Source: Marsupella aquatica (lineage: Eukaryota; Plantae; Marchantiophyta). From it: a DNA stretch of 64,000 nucleotides. Location: NCBI GenBank assembly GCA_973895155.1, contig OZ316898.1, forward strand, positions 9,561,761-9,625,760. Direction: 5' to 3'. The first letter of the stretch is position 1; the number at the start of each line of letters is the position of its first letter. The notes beneath the pieces were generated by a model. It was not told the DNA's origin, ran no database searches, and was given only the letters and a program-made list of their open reading frames with translations. Shown here piece by piece: positions 25,076 to 36,385 of the stretch. The translations under genes were made by a program, and so were the position numbers.

Positions 25076-27200
25076 TATTATTTAGTGATATATCCTCCTA
25101 CACCCCTCCTTTGCTTTACCACACTTTTTAGTTTGATCTGACTAGCTTTGTGTCCAGTCGATCTTGGAGTTGACTTGGGGGTTTCATTTCCACAAAAATG
25201 ACACATCATGTGCGACGAAGGAGAGGGTCGTTTCATTGGTTCAAAGGAAAGACTTAAGAATTTTCTCAAAAGAATAGACATGGTTGACAAAATTAGGGTT
25301 TAGGGTCTAATTACTCTTGTGACAGGCTGGAGCAAGTTTGGTTCTAAATATATATAATTTTTCATAGCTTTCAAGCTTTTTTGGCAACAAAATATGGTTT
25401 TTGGCTAGAGGTTTTTGTAGCCAGGTCAAAGCTTGCACAAAAATAAATATTATCCCCCATTTTCCCTTCTTCTCTTTCCCCACCTCAGTGTTACTTTTTT
25501 CATGTACTCCACTTTTTCCCATTTGTCTTGCTTTTCGATCTCTTTTATCTGTCCAACTCTTTTTTCCTCCGGGCCAGGTTCTCTCTATCTATTCCCTCTT
25601 TATTATGAGCTTGCGCCTCCATCCCATGCGTAGTTTCTTATTCTCTTGGGAGGATAATAATGCTTAATATGTATTCCCCATGAAAAGGTCACATATACAC
25701 TTCGATATAACCCCCAAATATGGTACTTTTATGTGTGATTGTGAGTCCCTCACTTGCAAGCAGACAGTATCTGCATAAAGACGTACTACATGTACCGTTC
25801 TGTCATTTGATTACTTGCACCTCAAGTGAACAAAGTGTCAATTTGATTTGTGTTGGCTCAAAGAGCATCCTGGTTTTTATGTTTCCCAATTTTCACTCAT
25901 AAATTTATTTTTCCGGTCATTGTATGCAATTTTGTTTTTTCAGCGAAACCTTGAAATACTTCATTGATAGTCCAATACTCATTAATTCACGATACCACCA
26001 TTGTGGCTTTCTTACGTAGAACAAAATGCAAGGGAAATGTTTTTTAAATCGTTGAAGGTTGTTGACTTCGTGTTCACGAGAGGATAATATTTGGAAATTG
26101 TTAAAGTGTGCTGTCAAGTTGTGTTATGCATGCAACCAAAAAAATCTTGGATTGGTACTCTAAAGTTTTAGGTGGCTGACTGTTTCTAATAAAGTGACCC
26201 TATCAATACCTTGTCAATGCAAGAAAGCTTGTATCCTTTAAGATTCCTCTGCGCTCGCTTCCCTAGTTCCCTGTCACTTGTTTCACTATTCACCTTTACT
26301 GATATTATATTATTATATTTTTCAACTAAAAGGTTGATACTTGCAAGGCTTCCCTCTTTGTTTACTCTTTGGCTCACTCCAAGAATATTTGAAATATGAT
26401 TTGTTTTTTAATTTTTTTTCTAAACTTGCGCAAAGTCAGGTGGCAGTACAGTACTTTGGTGGACATAGATGTACGGCATGTACTTTGGTGTACATTGACG
26501 TACTGAATGTATTCTGGTGCAAGTGTACAGTGGCCATAAAGTGGGGTAGGTACCATCATACAAGAGGGAGGGTGAGGGGAAGCCTTGAGATGGTTGCGGT
26601 TCAGCTCATGTGTTTTCATGGTGCTCTTCTTAACAAAAATTATTACAGGTCATGCTTAACCATAACTTGCTCTATAAGGGAAGTGTCCAAAACTTCCCTC
26701 TTTTTTCACAATTCAATCAATGTTTTACTCTAGCATGTCAGTTTGCTCTACAATTTCAGAAAATTAATTCCATTTAATGGTAACTACTGGTAAATTGTAC
26801 CTTTTGAAGGGCAGTTGTGATTTACAGTCTAGCCTTCATGATGTAGGTAAACTGGAACCACAACTGAAGCTTATTTGTTTAGTAACAATATATCATGATA
26901 TTTAAACTATACTTGCGATGCAAGTAAGGATCAAAGGATGGGAGATTCCGAACTGTAAACAGAGACGGGATTCATGAGTCAAGAAATGACTGAGGCCCTT
27001 CCAATAGATTCATGCACACATATGTACAGCCTCAAGGAGCACTCACTTGGCTCCTGAGCTGCTGGGTCATGCAAAGCTTGCACGAAGGAAATGTCTTATT
27101 GGAGAGGGAGAAACAGTTGTAATAAAATATTAGCGACATATTTTTCTCACCTCAGCAACTTCTGTGCAAAGCAGGCAACAATTAAGGTAGTTACCTAGTA

Positions 27201-27413
27201 CTAGCCCAATTACCCGTTCCTTGAACGTAAACAGATAAGAAGAAAAAAAATTTTGCACAATAATATTTCTATGCTATTTTGTTAATCCTCATTTTAAGTG
27301 TTTTTTAATTGAGATTCATAATCACTTTTTCTGTACTGGGGTAACGGTCTAGATGCTTCACTCTAGACCCTAGGCCCTTAAGAGTAGACTTCATTCGCAC
27401 TTTTATAGTAAGA
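27201..27413 (-). mobile_element. Non-autonomous mini-Helitron (213 bp)
   Basis: Minus strand A|TCTTACTATAAAAGTGCG...cgttc-aag-gaacg hairpin...GGTAATTGGG CTAG|T, inserted in an AT site with no TSD. The 5' ~70 bp are homologous to 12180-12251. Confidence 0.85.
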
Positions 27414-27780
27414 TTAGTATGCATTTGATGGCTGGTTGTTGGTCCCTCCTTTCAAGTTTGGGAGGAAGAGCTTAAGTTTGGCATTAGATATTAGAGTATA
27501 TGATAAATAGCCACATTTACATCATTGGGTAGCACGCTAGTGGAGGTCTTGCATTGGATTGGGATCCGGAGGTCTAGGGCTTCAGCCTTGCACTCAGCAT
27601 GTGCCTTTTCATAACGATGCAAGCGAGTTAAAAGAGGCTCAGGGAAGGGCCTGTAGCTCAGGTTTGAGTGTTTGCTATTATTGCAACTATCCCCAATACC
27701 CTCTAGCTTGGGTTTCAGTGTTTGCTATTATTGCACCTAACCTGATCGACTACCAGTGTCTATACATAGGAACGGCTCTC

Positions 27781-28655
27781 TGTACCTACTGTAGACTCCC
27801 ATGCACACCCCTCCCCACAAGCATATTTGGTCTGAATGTCAATTTTCAAGAGGAATTTCACCCTATGCTTCACTTTAAGGAGTAACTCATGAATTTCATG
27901 GTATACGCTGATGTCCCTGTACTTAGACTCCCATGACCACCCCTCACAAGCATACTTGGTCTGAATGTGAAATTGCAAGAGAAATATCACCCTCTGTTTC
28001 ACTTTGAGGAGTCACTCATGAATTTCATGGTATTTGATGGCAAAGACTTTGGTGTCACAGCCGTACCTAGACTCCCATGTCCACCCCTCATCACACGCAT
28101 AGTTGGTCTGAATGCATGTGAAATTGCAAGAGAAATATCACCCTATGCTTCACTTTAAGGAGTAACTCATGAATTTCATGGTAGGCTTTGGTGGCAAAGA
28201 CTTTGATGTCACAGCCGTACCTAGACTCCCAGGTCCACCCTCATCACAAGCATACTTGGTCTGAATGTGAAATTGCAAGAGAAATATCACCCTATGCTTC
28301 ACTTTAAGGAGTAACTCATGAATTTCATGGTAGGCTTTTGATGGCAAAGACTTTGATGTCACAGCCGTACCTAGCTAGACTCCCATGTCCACCCCTCATC
28401 ACAAGCATACTTGGTCTGAATGTCAAAATTGCAAGAGGAATTTCACCCAGGCCTATGGTCCACTTTAAGGAAGTGTCCCCTGAATTTCTTGGTAGACTTT
28501 GATGGCGAAGACTTTGATGTCCCTGTACCTAGACTCCCATGTCCACCCCTCATCACAAGCAAACTTAGTCTGAATGTCAAATTTCCAGAGAAAGTTCACC
28601 CTATGGTTCACTTTCAAGAGTATCTCATGAATTTCATGGTAGACTTTGATGGCAA
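27781..28655. repeat. Satellite-like tandem array, ~150-bp unit, ~6 copies
   Basis: ctgaatg anchors at 27832, 27961, 28108, 28261, 28416 and 28570 (periods 129-155). Most units contain the palindrome CATGAATTTCATG. Confidence 0.92.
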
Positions 28656-29425
28656 ATTACAATTACAGTCGAGAAGAGCCAAATGCCTATGCGCTGCATG
28701 ATTATAATGAGGGGGCCCGATGTGAGAACAGAGCTAGAAATCGATGGCGAGGCACTGACTGCGAGGTGGAGTATAGTATAGATTTGATTTGTCTCTATCA
28801 CCAAGCCACTTGATAGCGAGCTAATTGGCTGATATGTGATGATTGTCATGTGAGTCTCGTAAAGTTGAAATCCCAATTATTCGGAAGCACGCTTTCCACA
28901 GAATGGTACAGTGACCAACCTGACCTTGCGAAAGAGCTAGTCTACACTAGCTGATCCGTCGATTTAAGCCAAGTTTGTCAATTCATTAGATCTCACTTGC
29001 TCCCACGCAGGAATATCGGGAGGAATATGATACCTGGCACTCGGAGACCCGTTCAGCGATGGCTTGCACTTGGAGACCCGTTCAGCGATGGCTTCAGCAG
29101 TCTGGCAATAGTTAAACCTTCTTGTTTTGTATGTCAGATTCGACGACGTGGTTATCAGAAGCAGCTGTCGAAACCGGGCCTTGTTCGATGCATGCAACTG
29201 AATTCTCAAGCTCAGAGAGTCAGAATTCAATTCGTGTCATTCCCATCTGAAACCAAATGCCTGATCAAATGAATTGTATCGGTTGGCTGAGTTCAATTTC
29301 CGACCATAGCTAGCAGTCTTAGGTGCGACGGCCCGTAGATCTTCCGCAGGTTGCCGCTTGGTTGAGCAGCTGGAGCGAGCAGCAGCTGCGTGAACTGGCG
29401 GACAAGTGCAGCCTCCGTGTGTCCG

Positions 29426-32211
29426 ATGGCCACCTCGAATCAACACGCTGGCGACATGGCACATCAAATGCTCTACTTGTTGTGGCTTTTGCTGGCGTTC
29501 AGCTTGATGTGCACTCCCTTCTTGCTCTGGCCCGTTCAGGCGAATTGGAACTATAGCTCCAACCCGGCTGATTACGACTTCGGCTGGTTAGCCAATGGCA
29601 CAGATCATAGCGGTCCGGAGCCGTACTGTACGTTTTGCATTAACGCATTGACATATGACACCTCCTATAATCGAACAGTTGCAGATGAAGCAAGAGGCCA
29701 TTACTGGAATCGCACAATTGGCACTTATAGGTGTGATGGCGTTGAAGATAATGAGCACTGGGCTTACCACCAACCCACACGAACCATCGTCTTCGGAAAT
29801 CTTACTCAAGTTCTCTGCATCGAGGCTAGCACTTGGACTACTCTGGGTCTACTGAAGTTGCGGCCCTGCAATTCTTCTGCGATCAGTCAACAGTGGAGGA
29901 GGAACGGCAGTCGCGTGATCAGTGCATTGCCAGGGCCAAATGGGGAGGAGCTATTCATAGTGGGAAAATTCCCTGACAAGAACACGAATCCTACTACCCA
30001 AGTTAACATAATACAAGTGACGTTGCAGTCATCCCTCGCCAGTACCTCAGGTCAAGGGTTTTTCTTTTCCTCTAATTTCATATTTCTCTCCGCAAAGGGC
30101 TTGATCGATAGGGCTACCAACAGATTCACAACCCAAGGGTTGCTTGAAATCACAAATTCCTCTCTGGATAATATTGTGAATGGAGGTTTCGAAAAGAGCA
30201 CTATTATAGCTGGATCTGACATTACTTTTAACGACTGGACCCAACCGGTGCCCAGCTATTTCTCCCTTTGCGGATGGGTCATCGACTATGGTCCGATAGA
30301 TTATGTCAAATCTGGATTGCTTGCACCTTTTGAAGGCTCATACAGTATACATTTGAATACTCACTCAGATACTGATCACTTTGGTCAGGTCAGTCAAACA
30401 ATTAGAACGGAGGCGGGGAGTGAGTACCTTCTATCGTTCTATTTCAACGGCTTTCCGCCACAGTTGTACATAGGGTTGTCTCGGCCAACATGGCAGTGCA
30501 GTCCAACGTACAACGAAGCTCGGTTGATGGTGCGGGTAACTAACGCGAGTTTTACAGACAAGATCTCAGCAGGAGTTTCAAATGACCGGACTGAATTACA
30601 GCAGAACTTTAGCATTAATGTAGCCAGGTCAAACAGCCTCAACATAGGAAATTTATGGCAGCTCCATTCGGTAAAGTTCAGGGCCTCGACTAATGTCACC
30701 ACGATTTCCTTCAGTAGCCTGAATTTTAATAACTCGTGCGGGCCAATGATAGATAACGTCATCCTGAGACGTCTTAAGCCACGATCTTTCTGGGAAAGCA
30801 AGACATTTCAGGCAGTTGTTGGATCCGTTGCTGGACTTGTTTTTCTCATGGCATTTCTTCTTGGTATTGTCGTAGCGAGGAGGAGGTTCTGCTTGTCTGA
30901 GGAAGACTACTCTGACTTGTACAAGACTGAGAATGCAAGAATATTTTCTGTCAAAGAGCTGAGCGCCTCCACGAAGAAATTCAGTGCTGTTCTGGGAGAG
31001 GGGGCATTCGGTACTGTATACAAAGCTGATTTTCCAGATGGCACAATAGGTGCAGTCAAAGTGGAGAAGCTGAAGCAGTTTCATCTTTCGACCAAAGTTC
31101 TCGCCTCGGACGAAATTGCTGTTTTACTCAGAGTTCATCACCGCAATTTGGTGAACTTGACGGGCTTCTGCATTCACAAAGGTTTGTAGCTTACTCCCAA
31201 TCGATCTCTCGGGGAGTCCCTCTCCAAACTACACCAACAAGAATGCTAGAGGTCTAAGTTTGGTTGCATCGGGGCTCAGGGAGTGATATAGTTTCTCGAG
31301 CTCTTTCAAAGCTTTTAAGAATTGAGGAATGGTGACTGTATGACCCGTTAAAATATTGCATTGTACGAATTTGTGCAGGGAGACATATGTTGGTATTTGA
31401 GTATCTTCCAAATGGAAGCCTCTACGATCGACTCCATCAGTCTGTCATACCGGTGTCTGCCGCAGATATAATGAATTCCGTCGAACTCCGTGACCTATAC
31501 GCGAACGTACTCCCGTGGCACACGCGGGTCAAAATTGCCTCCAACGTGGCCTATGGCCTTGAATACCTCCACCACGATGCAGATCCTCCGATTGTGCATA
31601 GGGATGTGAAGTCGCGGAACATCCTACTCACAGCCACGGATTCAGCTAAGCTTGCTGACTTCGGGCTTTCCAGATCTGCTCCTTTAGATGCCACAAAGTT
31701 CGAGTCCATCGAGACCATGGTGAGAGGCTCAATTGGGTATTTGGATCCACAGTACTTCCAGACTGGAGTCTTCTCTTCCAAGAGCGATGTGTACAGCTAC
31801 GGAGTTGTATTACTGGAGCTCATCTCTGGCCATCAAGCCATCCACAATGCCGCTGCACTCACCTACTGGGCAGCTCCCTTCATGACGAGCCCATCCCTGT
31901 ATCACGAGCTGGTGGACAAGAAGCTTAGAGGAAAATACGAACCGGATGAGATGGCCTCTCTAGTTGAACTGTCGATTATGTGCACGCAAGAAGACAGTAG
32001 AATGAGGCCCACCATGCGGCAGGTCGTTGCGTTTCTCAATGCCCGGGGCCTTGAAGTAGCTGGAGGTGAATCTCACGAGCAAATAGAGGCCCCGTCCATA
32101 TCAAGGGAGGATTACCATAAGATGAAGCCAATGTTCACAGATTTGGAGGCGTTGCCGAACTTCTCTGGTAGTAATGAGAACATTTTCTTCAGCCCACAGC
32201 CTAGAGACTAA
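29426..32211 (+). CDS. Receptor-like Ser/Thr kinase (RD type, RLK/Pelle) with ricin-B-lectin-like + DUF642-like ectodomain; 2 exons
   Basis: Exons 29426-31181 and 31379-32211 (GT..AG intron 31182-31378; joins as GFCIHKG-RHMLVFEY). Signal peptide ending VQA and TM AVVGSVAGLVFLMAFLLGIVVA-RRR. Kinase motifs GEGAFG, AVK, HRDVKSRN, DFG, GSIGYLDPQY, KSDVYSYGVVLLEL and RPTM. Confidence 0.93.
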
Positions 32212-33289
32212 AATTTTGCATCATCAGGAGATGCACATGCACGATGATTAGTACGACTGTTGAGGAGCTTGACACACGCAAAAGAGATGCTTGGAAAGCT
32301 ACATTTCCATAAAACAGTTCACTTAATATGTGATACCAACATCATTCAAAGTATTTGTTCGAGAGAGATTGTATCGGGGATTGTATTTTGATGTAGAAGC
32401 ACAAAGAAAAAACTTCCATATCATGGATTTACATTGATCCAATATGGGTTGAGATTTAGTTGAATAGGACGTGTAGAACGTCGCTCATGTGTATTTCGAA
32501 GAGACTTGAATTTGGAAGTATAATGTAAATTTGTTTTTCTGAAGAAGCTTACCATGGTGGAGGAAAGTCACGGGATATTACTTGGATTAGAAACAAGATC
32601 TTCTTGCTACAAGGTCCACATATTGTTTACCAATTATCGTAACTTCTGTGAACTAGTTGGTTACGGTAGTCCCTTCAGACGACTCAGCTCGTTCAGGTAT
32701 GGCTGTGTATTCAGCCAAAGCTGTGTGTATGAGAGAATCAGCCTTCTGTTATGTGAATTTGGCTGTCTCTAGGATCCACTTCTCTTGGAGTGAGACATTG
32801 GCCTTCAACCTGAGCTTTTATCATTTTTTGGGTTACTTGGGACTCATCTTTTGATGGAAGTCCTTTGAATGGATAAGCACCAGGTACCATCCCAAAGAGT
32901 CACTGACAGTATTAGTCCTTGGGAGGTTGTAATATACATTAACAACGATGATTGGAAGGCCCTGATAAAGAGTAGCTTTTCCATTTCCAGCCCTTTTCTC
33001 CCAACCATCTGGACTTTTTTTGGCCATCTGCACTGTATATTTGCACTGTCAGCATTTTGGGTTTCTGATGATTAATGGTCTCGGGCCTTGTCCTCTTTCT
33101 TGAGGTTAAGCATCCGTGAAGCAGGTACAGTGTCAGTTTGGTGAGCTCTTTTAAGCCCAATTTTCGACTTGAGTGAGTCTAGCCAAACGGATTGATTAGT
33201 ATGGGACCGCTTAATGCAAGCCAGATTGATCATGGGGACCCAGGAGAAATCATGGGCTGATCATGGGGACCCAGGAAATCATTGGCTGG

Positions 33290-34461
33290 TGCATTACCAG
33301 TGTTGAGTTGTAAACTAACATAATCAGAAAATAGATCGCGATAAGTACAACAGCGGTGAGTGGCGCCCGATTCAGCAATCCAAAGATGAGAACCTGGAGA
33401 AGTAACAGACGAACGTAGAGCAGAGATGGATCGTAAAGAAATAGAACAGTCGAGTCCGTCTAGAATACCTAGGCGCATCCTGAGTGGAGACCAAAGGTGC
33501 TGTGAAGCGGGCAAGCTGGAAGATTTATTGATCAGGCGTTCTTGAAGTGCAGGATTGGGTAGCCAACCTCTGCGACGGAGAAGAAGAAAATTGGTAAAAA
33601 CAGAGCTCCTCCCGATGACGAGGAGATTACAGTAGGAGCAGTATGCCAAGCAGGAGAGCGAGGACTACAGGAAGTAAGGATAGCAAGTTCAGCAGATTTA
33701 AGGGCAACCCGGGTTTCTTCACAAATTCAAGCATGAGGGTATCCGCGATGGCAGGTTCTTAGGATCCTGACGAAGCTGTTGTCGTTTAATCATGGGAAGC
33801 CCAAGATAACAAATGAGACTCCAAATGTGAATGAATTGGATACGATCCGGGATGTCCAATTTAAGAGAGATGCCTCGATCCAAAGCGGCCTGGTACGTTG
33901 CACAGAAATTCTCCAAATCAGTGCCTTTGTGACATAAGTGTTGAAAGTGGATCACTTTCCATAGAGATGCATAAGCCAACTCTCTCATATGAAGAGGCAA
34001 GTTTGACCCAACTTCTGAGCAGTGGTGACCGTTTCAAGAATATCTTGAATATGAGGACTGCAACTGGCAATAGTTGCAGTTCAAGCAAATGCAGCATAAG
34101 CTATCAAAATCCAAAGAAATTCAAGAAACAAACAGTCCTTCAATTTCGTCAATGTGCTCGACTGGAGGAAGAGCAGTGCCGTCAACATTGCCCTATACCA
34201 CCAGAATCAATTGCAGATCGGCACAGATGCCACCAATTCTTGTAATTGGTAGATCCTTCAAGGTTGGGAATAAATTGAATGTTGACGTAGGATGAAGAAC
34301 CTATCATGAAGGAAAGCTTAAAAGAGAACTGGACAGAGAGTATCGAGAGAACGATCTGTGTCTGATTGCTAAAACATCAGAAAATGGCATATAATTTACG
34401 ACGCATGCACCTGAGTGACACAGAATGAATGCAAGTCCCTTATAAATTTCCTGCTTCAACA
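33290..34461 (-). mobile_element. Truncated, decayed Ty1/Copia retrotransposon (putative LTR + gag + start of protease)
   Basis: Protease-like LWIAESGATH..C..RDLFSDY (D>E). Frameshifted CCHC knuckle CSYCNLPRHREELC at ~33600-33640 and a gag-like frame at 33719-34000. A 182-bp TGTTGA...TCAACA segment at 34280-34461 is the candidate LTR. Confidence 0.7.
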
Positions 34462-34745
34462 CAAAGGGAACCAGCACATTTAGTTTCCCGAAGGGGAAGC
34501 GGTGAAGCACACAACCACTTGACACAACCTGTTGCCCACGGAACAAACAGCAGAAAAGTTTGTCTCCTAATAAAGAGTCCATCCCTCGTATCTAAAACTG
34601 ACGAGGGCTACAACTAATCGAGTCCCTATCTAGTCCCCAACCGAGAGGCACTTGAGAGAAAGAACAGGATCAATTGAGTCCCCACACAACGTTTTAGTGA
34701 ACAACGAGGGCAAGTAACCCTTTCACCAACTAAGCCAATCTTGAA

Positions 34746-36311
34746 TCATCCAGCGTCAAGACTGTCAAGATTTATAGGATCTTTGCTCATTACTCTAGTC
34801 AGGCGATGGACAACAATGTCTATACTAGTGAAAAACGAAACGAATCCTAGCCCGAAACCTGTAATAAAAGGATTCTTGCCTAAGTATCCAAGGGCTTCGA
34901 GAATATCCACGATGACGGCAAAATTTGTATCTACCTTTTCATCATTGAGACCCCGGTCTCTCTCGTTCAAGATGGACGTCCTCGACTTTTCCCCGAAATC
35001 ACAAGGCAAGTCGAATCGCCCCAATTTAGCAAGCTCTTCCTCCAGGTCTCGAAGGGAATCTGCTCTCACCTTTTCATACTCTGTCTCAGTCTCCTCATCA
35101 TCGTCATCACTCGAAGGAAATTCTGCGGTCAGAAAGCTGCTACAGCCTTCGAAACTTTTCCGTAAATGAGAAATGTTCTGTTGTAGCCAGGTCTGGTCCG
35201 CGTTGGAAATTACAATGCTCAAATGGTGGCTGATTTTATTTCCGAACACGGCGAAAAGCAGCTTAAAGAATTTCCATAGGCGCACCTCTAACCTGTCTAT
35301 TCGGTCCTTCTTCAGGACAAAAAGATACTGGGAGAATGTCCCTTCCTTCAACTCCACAAAGTTCTTGACCTTCTGTTGCGCGAATGGTGTTGGGACGGTG
35401 CTTGCTTCCGATTCGGGTTCTCCGAAGCCTGGAGTGTCGATAACATACCATCCTCGGCCTTCACCACTTGCGACTCCATCTGTTCCTCCTCTGATGCCTG
35501 AACTTGCCTTGAAGTTAGTGGAATTTCGGTCAAGCTTTCCCAAGGTAAGCATTTGTGCAAGAGTCGACTTTCCACTCCCGGTCCTTCCAAACAAGATGAC
35601 TCTTTCGGGACTCCAGGGCCCAAAGCGGTTTCTTCCTAAAACTCTTTCGGAACGACAGCCCATTCCTGACCGTCTGAGTATGCCGCACCAACTTGCGTTG
35701 CTTGAATCTCCTCTGTCGAAGGTAGTCTGTTCGTTCCTCAGAAAGAAAGCGGGACACATCTTCCAAATGCTTTCAACGAGCGTCCCCACCAACGCTTCTG
35801 TCCTAAAGTTTGAGCTTAGGACGCTTTTCGACTTTATCTCGTGTCTGCGCAAACATTTTTCAAGTTGCTGTTGCGACTCGAGACTCAAGCCATTGCTAGA
35901 CTCCGTGATCACAACTGTCATTATGTCCTCGTGATTTCCCCAAATCAGTCCCAAGACATCCAGCCAACAATTGTCACTGAAAACATTCGCATTACAGGGC
36001 TCCTTTACGATGGCATTTGTGGTCACACATATCACAATTACCATCTTCCCGAGAATAACTCTTCTTAAGGAATTTTGGGAGATCCATCGTCTCGCAATTA
36101 GAGTCGGGCTCCTACCCTGAACGTTTCGCAGAGCTAACGTATCAACGACTTGGACTCCAGATGTGTGGGTCAGGATTCGGACCCCAGCCAACGTCTTGTA
36201 TCTCTCCCAACTTCCACCTTTTGTGAGACAGTCGGCCACGAACGTTTTCTCTTCTTCCAAATTCCCCACGACTAAAATGACGGTATTTCCCGAATCATCA
36301 GTATCCTCCAT
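34746..36311 (-). CDS. Intronless P-loop GTPase (AIG1/GIMAP- or MMR_HSR1-like) with a degenerate N-terminal G-domain
   Basis: 521-aa ORF. The C-terminal domain has G1 GRTGSGKS, G2-like T, G3 VIDTPGF and G4-like ISNAD. The N-terminal domain has degenerate VILVVGNLEEEKT and VQVVDTLAL. Hydrophobic C-terminal stretch. Confidence 0.8.
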   Translation of the reverse strand: MEDTDDSGNTVILVVGNLEEEKTFVADCLTKGGSWERYKTLAGVRILTHTSGVQVVDTLALRNVQGRSPTLIARRWISQNSLRRVILGKMVIVICVTTNAIVKEPCNANVFSDNCWLDVLGLIWGNHEDIMTVVITESSNGLSLESQQQLEKCLRRHEIKSKSVLSSNFRTEALVGTLVESIWKMCPAFFLRNEQTTFDRGDSSNASWCGILRRSGMGCRSERVLGRNRFGPWSPERVILFGRTGSGKSTLAQMLTLGKLDRNSTNFKASSGIRGGTDGVASGEGRGWYVIDTPGFGEPESEASTVPTPFAQQKVKNFVELKEGTFSQYLFVLKKDRIDRLEVRLWKFFKLLFAVFGNKISHHLSIVISNADQTWLQQNISHLRKSFEGCSSFLTAEFPSSDDDDEETETEYEKVRADSLRDLEEELAKLGRFDLPCDFGEKSRTSILNERDRGLNDEKVDTNFAVIVDILEALGYLGKNPFITGFGLGFVSFFTSIDIVVHRLTRVMSKDPINLDSLDAG

Positions 36312-36385
36312 CCCTCCTCCTGCTGCACCTTTGCTTTGCCTCTGCTAAGTCTGGCCTGAGTGGGGCTCTCGTTCTGGTGCGTTCC

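Noticed and set aside
27781-28655. CRISPR-like array (also considered for 17175-17350 and 41607-41782)
   Set aside because: Whole units repeat with no unique spacers, there are no cas genes, and the context is eukaryotic.
29390-29425. ORF-track starts at GTG/TTG (29390, 20533, 54519)
   Set aside because: These are eukaryotic genes, so the first in-frame ATGs (29426, 20416, 54462) were used instead.
34280-34461. Solo LTR
   Set aside because: The flanks (TTGAA / CAAAG) are not a TSD and gag sequence adjoins it. Treated as part of a truncated element; no PBS was recognised.
35173-35934. 253-aa plus-strand ORF (and similar antisense ORFs over the RLK, PPR and fungal-type genes)
   Set aside because: These are shadow frames of real genes on the opposite strand, with no motifs.
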